Shown one piece after another: positions 12,244-20,951 of a stretch of 64,000 bases of DNA (its first letter is position 1; the number at the start of each line of letters is the position of its first letter). The notes beneath the pieces were generated by a model. It was not told the origin of the DNA, made no database searches, and saw nothing but the letters and a program-made list of their open reading frames with translations. Both the position numbers and the translations under genes were made by a program. Source of the stretch: Escherichia phage teqhal; the sequence record MN895435.1. One strand, written 5' to 3'.

Positions 12244-12479
12244 TGAAATTTCGTTTGGTAAAGCTCACAGCAATTAGTTCTTATTCTAACGAGAACATCT
12301 CATTTGCTGTAGAGTATAAGAAATATTTTTTCTCTAAATGGAAACAGTATTATAAAACTGATTGGACTAGTATTGATAGACCATATAGTTGGAAATCTGA
12401 TTTAGAAAAATGCCAAAAATTACTTTCCACCCTTAAAGAACGTGGAACAACTCATATTAAAACTGTGATAGGTAAATAA
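12243..12479 (+). CDS. hypothetical protein (78 aa)
   Basis: ORF. Confidence 0.5.
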   Translation: MKFRLVKLTAISSYSNENISFAVEYKKYFFSKWKQYYKTDWTSIDRPYSWKSDLEKCQKLLSTLKERGTTHIKTVIGK

Positions 12480-12788
12480 ATGAAACTGACAACTGAGCAG
12501 AAAGTAGCAATTCGCGAAATTTTGAAAACTAAATTGTCCATGGGTGTTTCAAACGTAGTTTTTGAAAAGTCTGATGGTACTATTCGTACTATGAAAGGTA
12601 CTCGTGATGCAGACTTTATGCCAACCATGCAAACTGGTAAATTGACTGAATCTACTCGGAAAGAATCTACTGACATGATTCCAGTATTTGATGTTGAACT
12701 TGGTGCATGGCGAGGTTTTTCTATTGACAAATTGATTTCCGTTAATGGTATGAAAGTTGAGCATTTACTCCAATTTATTGGTAAATAA
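12480..12788 (+). CDS. hypothetical protein (102 aa)
   Basis: ORF. Confidence 0.55.
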   Translation: MKLTTEQKVAIREILKTKLSMGVSNVVFEKSDGTIRTMKGTRDADFMPTMQTGKLTESTRKESTDMIPVFDVELGAWRGFSIDKLISVNGMKVEHLLQFIGK

Positions 12789-12814
12789 ATGCTTTAAGAA
12801 TTATTTGTTATTAT
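12788..12814 (+). promoter_or_regulatory. middle promoter (MotA box AATGCTTTA plus -10 TATTAT) upstream of gene 31
   Basis: MotA box 12788-12796, -10-like 12809-12814. Confidence 0.55.
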
Positions 12815-12844
12815 TAATTCATCTGTTAACAAAAAGGAAAAACA

Positions 12845-13180
12845 ATGTCTGAAGTACAACAGCTACCAATTCGTGCTGTCGGTGAATATGTTATTTTAGT
12901 TTCTGAACCTGCACAAGCCGGTGATGAAGAAGTTACAGAATCAGGACTTATTATCGGTAAACGTGTCCAAGGTGAAGTTCCTGAACTGTGTGTAATTCAC
13001 TCTGTCGGTCCTGATGTTCCTGAAGGTTTTTGTGAAGTTGGTGATTTGACTTCTCTTCCAGTTGGTCAAATTCGAAACGTTCCGCATCCTTTTGTAGCTC
13101 TGGGTCTTAAGCAGCCAAAAGAAATTAAACAAAAATTCGTTACCTGTCATTATAAAGCTATTCCGTGTCTTTATAAGTGA
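12845..13180 (+). CDS. 31: co-chaperonin (GroES analogue) for capsid folding
   Basis: 111 aa [22 protein letters not shown]...; matches recalled T4 gp31. Confidence 0.92.
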   Translation: MSEVQQLPIRAVGEYVILVSEPAQAGDEEVTESGLIIGKRVQGEVPELCVIHSVGPDVPEGFCEVGDLTSLPVGQIRNVPHPFVALGLKQPKEIKQKFVTCHYKAIPCLYK

Positions 13181-13188
13181 TATAAATA
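13181..13188 (+). promoter_or_regulatory. late promoter motif TATAAATA
   Basis: Exact TATAAATA immediately after gene 31 stop, ~140 bp upstream of rIII. Confidence 0.45.
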
Positions 13189-13327
13189 ATAATATGAATT
13201 GGGTGTCGGAATAATAAGTTAACCGAACAATTCTATGTGGTAGTCTACAACTGAGAGATCTGTCGAAAGAAGATGAAATTCAGAAGAACGTGACTACCGA
13301 GTTTTAATCTCTAACGAGAATTTTTAA

Positions 13328-13576
13328 ATGATTAAACAATTACAACACGCTCTTGAACTGCAACGAAACGCATGGAATAATGGTCACGAAAACTATGGCG
13401 CATCTATTGATGTTGAAGCCGAAGCTCTTGAAATCCTGCGTTATTTCAAACATCTGAATCCTGCTCAAACTGCATTAGCTGCTGAGCTTCAGGAAAAAGA
13501 TGAACTTAAATATGCTAAGCCTTTGGCTTCTGCTGCACGAAAAGCAGTTCGTCACTTTGTGGTAACACTGAAGTAA
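13328..13576 (+). CDS. rIII: lysis inhibition accessory protein rIII
   Basis: 82 aa MIKQLQHALELQRNAWNNGHENYG...; matches recalled T4 RIII. Confidence 0.9.
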   Translation: MIKQLQHALELQRNAWNNGHENYGASIDVEAEALEILRYFKHLNPAQTALAAELQEKDELKYAKPLASAARKAVRHFVVTLK

Positions 13577-13821
13577 TTTATTGGAGATTCACTGCCTTAG
13601 TGTGAGCTAAAATCGAGGAGCCATCGAACTGTCTGATTAATGATTTGCGAATCATTATAGTTTTAAGACCCCGGCAGTTTTATGGTGTACCTCTTGAATG
13701 TGAATGATGACGGGTTTATGGTTATCCTGGTCGTTAAATATTCAAAAACCTATGTTCCCCTTGAGGGCTTGCGCAGGCAATGCCAATAAGTCCTGCATTT
13801 TCATTTAAAAGAGAATTTATA

Positions 13822-13998
13822 ATGGCAAAACAAGCTAAAGCAAAGAAAGCAGTTGAAAAGAAAGTTGGTGATTCTAAACGCGCTGGTTACAAGCGTGGGT
13901 CGAACTCTCGTATCAATCAAACTGTTGAGAAGATCATGCGCCGAGCACGTGCGGTTCTTCGAGATGATGCTTCTCGTTTTGGTAAGCAGAAAGCATAA
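13822..13998 (+). CDS. small lysine/arginine-rich basic protein (58 aa; T4 30.9 position)
   Basis: MAKQAKAKKAVEKKVGDSKRAGYKRGSNSR...; followed directly by a strong terminator. Confidence 0.55.
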   Translation: MAKQAKAKKAVEKKVGDSKRAGYKRGSNSRINQTVEKIMRRARAVLRDDASRFGKQKA

Positions 13999-14002
13999 GT
14001 TG

Positions 14003-14032
14003 AGGACTCCTTCGGGAGTCCTTTTTTATTTT
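14003..14032 (+). terminator. rho-independent terminator
   Basis: aggactcc-ttcg-ggagtcct stem-loop followed by ttttttatttt. Confidence 0.8.
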
Positions 14033-14051
14033 CCAAAGATTGCACAAAGTT

Positions 14052-14081
14052 GTTTACAGTATGGTTCCTTTGTGATAGTAT
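14052..14081 (+). promoter_or_regulatory. early promoter
   Basis: GTTTAC 14052-14057, spacer, TG-a-TAGTAT. Confidence 0.6.
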
Positions 14082-14108
14082 TATCTTACACAAACAAAGG
14101 AGAATAAA

Positions 14109-14441
14109 ATGAAAACGATTAATCTGAACGCTACAGTTAAAACTAAATGCTTCAACGGTAAATATGATGAAACTATGTGGTTCTTAATGGCAGTTGAAGG
14201 TGATATTATTGAAGTAGAAACAACAGAAGGTATGGGAACAGATTTCACCTTTACAATTCAAGTTCATAATTTCTTTACTGGTTGGATTTATGAATTGAAT
14301 ACAGTAATCGTTGGAAAAATTGAACAAAATGAATTAGGCGAATGGCATTATGTTACAGCTCGCCAACGTGCCGAACGCTTAATTGAGAAGATGAAAAAAG
14401 TTGGTAAACTTGACATGCAGCATTGGAAAGTAGTAAAATAA
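14109..14441 (+). CDS. hypothetical protein (110 aa)
   Basis: ORF with SD aaggag. Confidence 0.65.
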   Translation: MKTINLNATVKTKCFNGKYDETMWFLMAVEGDIIEVETTEGMGTDFTFTIQVHNFFTGWIYELNTVIVGKIEQNELGEWHYVTARQRAERLIEKMKKVGKLDMQHWKVVK

Positions 14442-14443
14442 TT

Positions 14444-14472
14444 GTTTACTTTGGTACAGGATATGATATTAT
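14444..14472 (+). promoter_or_regulatory. early promoter overlapping a GGTACAGG/CCTGTACC inverted repeat
   Basis: GTTTAC 14444-14449, spacer, TG-a-TATTAT; inverted repeat 14453-14460 / 14476-14483. Confidence 0.6.
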
Positions 14473-14509
14473 ATACCTGTACCGCAATTAAACATCTCGG
14501 AGAATAAAA

Positions 14510-14875
14510 ATGAACTACATCAACTTTGAACGTAAATATGTTTCTAATGGTATTGCAGGTTCTATTGATACTATTTGCCTTTGGAAACATCAAAATGGAT
14601 CAGTATGCGAAATTGAACAGTATATGACTCCTAACTACGTTTATATGCGATTTGAAAACGGTATCACGGTTTCAATCACGATGGAAGGTTCCAACTTTAA
14701 AATCGCTCTGGATGATGATTTCCGTCAACGCGATTTAGGGACTCATCCTTGCTGGAATGGTGTTAATCGTAAACTCTTAGTTAAAACTTGGATTCGTCAT
14801 ATTCTGAGTAACAAAGCCAAACCTGAGCATCTTGAAGCAATCTTTGATGTAGTTCTTAATGAATTTGATATTTAA
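14510..14875 (+). CDS. hypothetical protein (121 aa)
   Basis: ORF with SD ggag. Confidence 0.65.
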   Translation: MNYINFERKYVSNGIAGSIDTICLWKHQNGSVCEIEQYMTPNYVYMRFENGITVSITMEGSNFKIALDDDFRQRDLGTHPCWNGVNRKLLVKTWIRHILSNKAKPEHLEAIFDVVLNEFDI

Positions 14876-14884
14876 AATAAAATG

Positions 14885-14900
14885 AGGGGCTTTGGCCCCT
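14885..14900 (+). other. intergenic hairpin (aggggc-tttg-gcccct) without U-run
   Basis: Stem-loop directly before SD gagga of the next ORF. Confidence 0.4.
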
Positions 14901-14916
14901 TACTGAGGAAAATGTT

Positions 14917-15204
14917 ATGTTTATGACTACTTATTTTGATACCCGTAAAAACTTCTGCGAAGTAGTTTTCTCAAAGTCGCCTAAAGACCTTCCTGCACAT
15001 TTGCAACCTACTAGCGAATCGATTAAAAACTACGTTGATGTGGTTTGTCCTTTAGAGTTTCGTACTGTAAATGGGCATGATACTTTAGCTATCACTAAAC
15101 TCAATCGCGAAATTGACATTGACCCTTCAATTGCGCGTGAAATTAACATTTCTGATATTGGCGGCGGTAATGTTAAATCGCACGGTTTTCAGATGAGGTT
15201 CTAA
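14917..15204 (+). CDS. hypothetical protein (95 aa)
   Basis: ORF with SD gagga 14905-14909. Confidence 0.6.
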   Translation: MFMTTYFDTRKNFCEVVFSKSPKDLPAHLQPTSESIKNYVDVVCPLEFRTVNGHDTLAITKLNREIDIDPSIAREINISDIGGGNVKSHGFQMRF

Positions 15205-15401
15205 TGAAATTCTTTTTAGGTCAAACTGTTGAATTAAAGGGAGTTGGTATACCTGGATTAATTTCTAAGGTTCTACCTCCATTTAAATGGAGTGGTATTC
15301 AAATAAAAGAGGCTTATATTGTTTCCTGGGTAGATGGAAATGAAGACCTTCGTATGGGTGATGAATTATCTCCTATTTACGGATTAAAGGAACTAGTATG
15401 A
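15204..15401 (+). CDS. hypothetical protein (65 aa)
   Basis: ORF, overlapping junctions. Confidence 0.5.
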   Translation: MKFFLGQTVELKGVGIPGLISKVLPPFKWSGIQIKEAYIVSWVDGNEDLRMGDELSPIYGLKELV

Positions 15402-15604
15402 ATATAATTAATAAGATTTTTGGAATTCAGTACATTAAGGTCACATATAAAGTAACAGATAAAAATCCATATACTGATGAACATGAAGAACCACAAGTTG
15501 AGTCTATTATATTAGAAAAGGACCCTAACTGGCCAGTTGAATTTCGTCTTCCTTGCTATGGTCATTGGGCTGATGTTGAAATTATAAGTATTGAAAATGT
15601 CTGA
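15398..15604 (+). CDS. hypothetical protein (68 aa)
   Basis: ORF. Confidence 0.5.
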   Translation: MNIINKIFGIQYIKVTYKVTDKNPYTDEHEEPQVESIILEKDPNWPVEFRLPCYGHWADVEIISIENV

Positions 15605-16055
15605 GTTAGAGATTAGAAGCAATTTTAGGTGGCCATCATGTGCATTAAGTAATTTCGCCCATTGGCCTTTCGTTATGGATGGTATTCAATTTGGAGGTCT
15701 CGAAGGATTCCTTCAAGGGTGTAAGGTGAAAAATGTTGAACAACAACGTCGTATATTTGGGTTATCCGGTCTTGCCGCCCAACAAGCTGGAAGGTCTTAT
15801 GCAAGAGCTCAGGACCGTGGGACCCTCTTCTGGCTTGGAGTTCCGTTTTCAAGATACTCCCCAGCGTGGAAAGAATTATACACAAATGCATATTTTGAAG
15901 CAGCGATCCAAAACAGGGGCTTTCGTGATGCATTACAAGCCTCGAAAGGAAAAGTTTTGAAGCACAGCATGGCTAGTGGTCTAACAAAAGATGATACAAT
16001 ACTAACCGAAGCTGAATTTATTGATGTGTTAAACCTATTAAGAGACTCTCTATGA
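15597..16055 (+). CDS. 30.3: NADAR / YbiA-like (DUF1768) domain protein, T4 30.3 position
   Basis: 152 aa from ATG 15597; family assignment by recall of the T4 30.3 annotation and sequence resemblance, not verified. Confidence 0.6.
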   Translation: MSELEIRSNFRWPSCALSNFAHWPFVMDGIQFGGLEGFLQGCKVKNVEQQRRIFGLSGLAAQQAGRSYARAQDRGTLFWLGVPFSRYSPAWKELYTNAYFEAAIQNRGFRDALQASKGKVLKHSMASGLTKDDTILTEAEFIDVLNLLRDSL

Positions 16056-16888
16056 AGCCTACTATTTTAACTGATATTGATGGAGTATGTTTAAGCTGGC
16101 AATCAGGACTTCCTTATTTTGCCCAGAAATATAATCTTCCGTTGGAACATATTTTAAAAATGATCCAAGATGAGAAATTTATTTCTCCAGGTAAACTTTT
16201 TAATTGTGATGAAGAACTTGGCGTCAAGTTAATTGAAAAATACAATCGTTCAGATTTTATTCGTTACTTGTCTCCATATAAAGATGCCCTGTGTGTAATT
16301 AACAAATTAAAAGAAGATTATAATTTTGTAGCTGTTACAGCATTGGGTGATTCTATTGACGCTCTGCTGAATCGTCAATTTAATTTGAATGCTCTTTTTC
16401 CTGGTGCCTTCTCAGAAGTATTGATGTGTGGTCATGATTCTTCAAAAGAAGAGTTGTTTAAAAAGGCAAAAGAGAAATATAACGTAATTTGTTATATTGA
16501 CGATCTCGCTCACCACTGCGATCATGCGAGTGAAATATTACGTGTTCCTGTGTATTGGATGGCTCGAGGGGAACGTGACAGTATTCCAAAAACCGCTCAG
16601 CGAGTTTATACATGGAACGATGTAGAGAATAAGCTTTTTTCACCAAAGGAAAATAAAGAAAGTTTTGATAGTGAAAAAGCTATAAAAGATGTAATTGAAA
16701 AGATGATTAAAAATGATTCTTTTCGTTGGAACACTACCTGGAGAACTCCTGGATTTAATCCTTATAATCCATATCATCCATATCAGACACATCCGTTTCA
16801 GACATGGAACTATATTAAACCTGGTGGCATAGAGTATTTGTATAATAGACCTACTAGTGGTGATAATATTTTCCAAGGAGCATTCTAA
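16052..16888 (+). CDS. 30.2: HAD-superfamily nucleotidase-like protein (T4 30.2 position)
   Basis: 278 aa; N-terminal HAD motif I LTDIDGV. Confidence 0.65.
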   Translation: MKPTILTDIDGVCLSWQSGLPYFAQKYNLPLEHILKMIQDEKFISPGKLFNCDEELGVKLIEKYNRSDFIRYLSPYKDALCVINKLKEDYNFVAVTALGDSIDALLNRQFNLNALFPGAFSEVLMCGHDSSKEELFKKAKEKYNVICYIDDLAHHCDHASEILRVPVYWMARGERDSIPKTAQRVYTWNDVENKLFSPKENKESFDSEKAIKDVIEKMIKNDSFRWNTTWRTPGFNPYNPYHPYQTHPFQTWNYIKPGGIEYLYNRPTSGDNIFQGAF

Positions 16889-17157
16889 TGTTTGTTGTTC
16901 ACACTATTTATGAAAATGAAGGTAATACTACACGTGATTACGGTCACGTAAATCAATTTTTTAGATGCAATCCAGAATTCCGAGCTCAAAAAGACGAACG
17001 AATTTTTAAAAAATGTGTAGAGCAAGGTTTCATTTACGTCAAACACTGGATGCAAGGAAATAAAGTTAGAACCACGTACCACAGGTCTTTGACTGAGCTT
17101 AATGATGAATTGATTTATAATAGAGCTGTAAACCAAACTCTAAAGGATGAACAATGA
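16888..17157 (+). CDS. hypothetical protein (89 aa, T4 30.1 position)
   Basis: ORF. Confidence 0.55.
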   Translation: MFVVHTIYENEGNTTRDYGHVNQFFRCNPEFRAQKDERIFKKCVEQGFIYVKHWMQGNKVRTTYHRSLTELNDELIYNRAVNQTLKDEQ

Positions 17158-18617
17158 TTCTTAAAATTCTGAACGAAATAGCATCTATTGGTTCAACTAA
17201 GCAGAAGCAAGCAATTCTTGAAAAGAATAAAGATAATGAATTGCTTAAACGAGTATATCGTCTGACTTATTCTCGTGGGTTGCAGTATTATATCAAGAAA
17301 TGGCCTAAATCTGGTATTGCTACCCAGAGTTTTGGAATGTTGACTCTTACCGATATGCTTGACTTCATTGAATTCACGTTAGCTACTCGGAAATTGACCG
17401 GAAATGCGGCAATTGAGGAATTAACTGGATATATTGCTGACGGTAAAAAAGATGATGTTGAAGTTTTGCGTCGGGTGATGATGCGAGACCTTGAATGCGG
17501 TGCTTCAGTATCTATTGCAAACAAAGTTTGGCCAGGTTTAATTCCTGAACAACCTCAAATGCTTGCAAGTTCTTATGATGAAAAAGGCATTAATAAGAAT
17601 ATCAAATTTCCAGCTTTTGCCCAGTTAAAAGCTGATGGAGCTCGGTGTTTTGCTGAAGTTAGAGGTGATGAATTAGATGATGTTCGTCTTTTATCACGAG
17701 CTGGTAATGAATATCTAGGATTAGACCTTCTCAAAGAAGAGTTAATCAAAATGACCGCTGAAGCCCGCCAGATTCATCCAGAAGGTGTGTTAATTGATGG
17801 CGAATTGGTATACCATGAGCAAGTTAAAAAGGAGCCAGAAGGCCTAGATTTTCTTTTTGATGCTTATCCTGAAATTAGTAAAGCTAAAGAATTCGCCGAA
17901 GTAGCTGAATCACGTACTGCATCTAATGGCATCGCCAATAAATCTTTAAAGGGAACCATTTCTGAAAAAGAAGCACAATGCATGAAGTTTCAGGTCTGGG
18001 ATTATGTCCCGTTGGTAGAAGTATACGGTCTTCCAGCATTTCGCTTGAAATATGATGTACGTTTTTCTAAATTAGAACAAATGACATCAGGCTATGATAA
18101 AGTAATTTTAATTGAAAACCAGGTAGTAAATAACCTAGATGAAGCTAAGGTAATTTATAAAAAGTATATTGACCAAGGTCTTGAAGGTATTATTCTCAAA
18201 AATATCGATGGATTATGGGAAAATGCTCGTTCGAAAAATCTCTATAAATTTAAAGAAGTAATTGATGTTGATTTAAAAATTGTAGGAATTTATCCTCACC
18301 GTAAAGACCCTACTAAAGCAGGTGGATTTATTCTTGAGTCAGAGTGTGGAAAAATTAAGGTAAATGCTGGTTCAGGCTTAAAAGATAAAGCCGGCGTAAA
18401 ATCACATGAACTTGACCGTACTCGCATTATGGAAAACCAAAATTATTATATTGGAAAAATTCTAGAGTGCGAATGCAACGGTTGGTTAAAATCTGATGGC
18501 CGCACTGATTACGTTAAATTATTTCTTCCAATTGCGATTCGTTTGCGTGAAGATAAAACTAAAGCTAATACATTCGAAGATGTATTTGGTGATTTTCATG
18601 AGGTAACTGGTTTATGA
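17154..18617 (+). CDS. 30: ATP-dependent DNA ligase
   Basis: 487 aa MILKILNEIASIGSTKQKQAIL...; adenylation lysine motif KADGAR; matches recalled T4 DNA ligase. Confidence 0.96.
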   Translation: MILKILNEIASIGSTKQKQAILEKNKDNELLKRVYRLTYSRGLQYYIKKWPKSGIATQSFGMLTLTDMLDFIEFTLATRKLTGNAAIEELTGYIADGKKDDVEVLRRVMMRDLECGASVSIANKVWPGLIPEQPQMLASSYDEKGINKNIKFPAFAQLKADGARCFAEVRGDELDDVRLLSRAGNEYLGLDLLKEELIKMTAEARQIHPEGVLIDGELVYHEQVKKEPEGLDFLFDAYPEISKAKEFAEVAESRTASNGIANKSLKGTISEKEAQCMKFQVWDYVPLVEVYGLPAFRLKYDVRFSKLEQMTSGYDKVILIENQVVNNLDEAKVIYKKYIDQGLEGIILKNIDGLWENARSKNLYKFKEVIDVDLKIVGIYPHRKDPTKAGGFILESECGKIKVNAGSGLKDKAGVKSHELDRTRIMENQNYYIGKILECECNGWLKSDGRTDYVKLFLPIAIRLREDKTKANTFEDVFGDFHEVTGL

Positions 18618-18802
18618 AAGCTTACTTAGAAACAGTTGTCGTAGCTCAAAAAGAAGGTGGAGATGTTTCTACTTCTGTATCACAAGTCGTTCTCGAATTT
18701 GTAGATGCATATGCTTATAATAAATTTACAGAAACATTTGATGCCTATGAAAAAGGTCCAAAGTTTGAAATATACCGTACTCTCTTACCACTAGATTATT
18801 AA
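18614..18802 (+). CDS. hypothetical protein (62 aa)
   Basis: ORF overlapping ligase stop. Confidence 0.5.
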   Translation: MKAYLETVVVAQKEGGDVSTSVSQVVLEFVDAYAYNKFTETFDAYEKGPKFEIYRTLLPLDY

Positions 18803-18824
18803 AGGCCTTCGGGCCTTTAATTTT
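18801..18824 (+). terminator. rho-independent terminator-like hairpin
   Basis: aaaggcc-ttcg-ggccttt followed by aatttta. Confidence 0.65.
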
Positions 18825-18831
18825 ATAAATA
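18824..18831 (+). promoter_or_regulatory. late promoter TATAAATA upstream of alt
   Basis: Exact TATAAATA ~22 bp before the alt start. Confidence 0.7.
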
Positions 18832-18854
18832 GAATAAACACTAGAGAGGATATG

Positions 18855-20948
18855 ATGGAACTCATTACAGAATTATTTGACGAAGATACTACTCTTCCGA
18901 TTACAAACTTAAATCCAAAGAAGAAAATACCACAAATTTTTTCAGTTCACGTTGATGATGCAATTGAACAACCAGGCTTTCGTTTATGTACCTATACATC
19001 TGGAGGTGATACTAATCGCGATTTAAAGATGGGCGATAAAATGATGCATATTGTTCCTTTTACATTAACTGCTAAAGGTTCAATTGCTAAATTGAAAGGT
19101 CTTGGTCCAAGCCCAATTAATTATATCAATTCAGTTTTTACTGTTGCAATGCAAACAATGCGTCAGTATAAAATTGATGCCTGTATGCTCCGTATTCTTA
19201 AGTCTAAAACTGCTGGTCAAGCTCGACAAATTCAAGTTATTGCTGATAGACTTATCCGTAGTCGTTCAGGTGGAAGATACGTCCTTCTTAAGGAACTCTG
19301 GGATTATGATAAAAAGTATGCATATATTCTTATACATCGCAAAAATGTATCACTAGAAGACATTCCAGGAGTTCCGGAAATTAGTACCGAGCTCTTTACT
19401 AAGGTTGAATCGAAGGTCGGTGATGTTTATATCAATAAAGATACTGGAGCTCAAGTAACTAAAAATGAGGCAATTGCAGCATCTATTGCACAAGAAAATG
19501 ATAAACGTTCTGACCAAGCTGTAATCGTTAAAGTTAAAATTTCCCGTAGAGCAATTGCACAAAGTCAGTCATTGGAATCTTCTAGATTTGAAAGTGAATT
19601 ATTCCAGAAGTATGAATCTACCGCAGCTAATTTCAATAAACCTGCTACTGCTCCTTTAATTCCCGAAGCAGAAGAAATGAAGCTTGGAATTAATTCATTA
19701 GCTTCTAAAACTAAGGCAGCAAAAATTATTGCCGAAGGAACTGCGAATGAACTTCACTATGACTATAAATTCTTTTCAAAAAGTGAGGTTAATGAAGTTT
19801 CCGAAAAAATTAAAGATGTAATTCTTAATGCGATCAAAAATGAACCAACTACTTCAATAAAATGTTTAGAGAAATACGCAGCAGCTGTCAATCAATTCTT
19901 TGAAAAATATAAAGATAATTGGCTTGATAAACATAATAAAACTCGTAAAGGGCAGCCAGATGAAGTCTGGGAAGAAATAACTAAAAATTCCTGGAACGCA
20001 GCAAAAACTAAATTCCTCAAACGAATGATTTATAGTTTTTCTGGAATTGGTGCAGGCCCAATGATTGATATTACTATTGCCCGCGATGGTTCTAAATATA
20101 CTCCATCACAAAAGCGTGGCATTAGAGAATATTGCGGTTCAGGATATACTGACATCAATAATCTTCTTTTAGGTCGTTACAATCCAGAACGATATGATGT
20201 AATGAGTGAAAAAGAAATTGAATCTGCTATAAATAATTTAGATTCAGCTTTTGAAAATGGTGACCGTATACCAGAAGGCATTACAGTTTATCGTGCTCAA
20301 AGCATGACTGCTCCTATATACGAAGCACTAGTTAAAAATAAAGTGTTCTATTTCAGAAATTTTGTATCTACTTCTTTAACTCCTATCATTTTTGGACGTT
20401 TTGGAATTACACATGCTGGTATTGGTCTTTTAGAACCAGAAGCTCGTAACGAATTAACGGTTGATAAAAATGAAGAAGGAATAACTATTAATCCAAACGA
20501 AATAAGAGCGTATAAAGAAAATCCTGAATACGTTAAAGTTCAAATAGGATGGGCAATTGATGGAGCTCATAAAGTTAATGTTGTATATCCAGGAAGTCTC
20601 GGAATAGCAACAGAAGCTGAAGTTATTCTACCGCGCGGATTGATGGTTAAAGTTAATAAAATAACTGATGCTTCTAATAATGACGGAACCACGTCTAATA
20701 ATACAAAACTCATTCAAGCTGAAGTTATGACCACAGAAGAACTCACCGAATCGGTAATCTATGACGGAGACCATTTAATGGAAACCGGCGAAGTAGTTGC
20801 AATGACAGGTGATATTGAAATAGAAGACAGAGTTGACTTTGCATCATTTGTTTCATCAAATGTTAAACAGAAAGTAGAATCATCTCTTGGAATTATTGCG
20901 TCTTGCATAGATATTACAAACATGCCTTACAAGTTCGTTCAAGGATAA
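18855..20948 (+). CDS. alt: Alt-family ADP-ribosyltransferase (capsid-packaged), copy 1
   Basis: 697 aa from MELITELFDE...; C-terminal R-S-ExE motifs (YRAQ, VSTSL, EAEVILPRG). Confidence 0.85.
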   Translation: MELITELFDEDTTLPITNLNPKKKIPQIFSVHVDDAIEQPGFRLCTYTSGGDTNRDLKMGDKMMHIVPFTLTAKGSIAKLKGLGPSPINYINSVFTVAMQTMRQYKIDACMLRILKSKTAGQARQIQVIADRLIRSRSGGRYVLLKELWDYDKKYAYILIHRKNVSLEDIPGVPEISTELFTKVESKVGDVYINKDTGAQVTKNEAIAASIAQENDKRSDQAVIVKVKISRRAIAQSQSLESSRFESELFQKYESTAANFNKPATAPLIPEAEEMKLGINSLASKTKAAKIIAEGTANELHYDYKFFSKSEVNEVSEKIKDVILNAIKNEPTTSIKCLEKYAAAVNQFFEKYKDNWLDKHNKTRKGQPDEVWEEITKNSWNAAKTKFLKRMIYSFSGIGAGPMIDITIARDGSKYTPSQKRGIREYCGSGYTDINNLLLGRYNPERYDVMSEKEIESAINNLDSAFENGDRIPEGITVYRAQSMTAPIYEALVKNKVFYFRNFVSTSLTPIIFGRFGITHAGIGLLEPEARNELTVDKNEEGITINPNEIRAYKENPEYVKVQIGWAIDGAHKVNVVYPGSLGIATEAEVILPRGLMVKVNKITDASNNDGTTSNNTKLIQAEVMTTEELTESVIYDGDHLMETGEVVAMTGDIEIEDRVDFASFVSSNVKQKVESSLGIIASCIDITNMPYKFVQG

Positions 20949-20951
20949 ATC

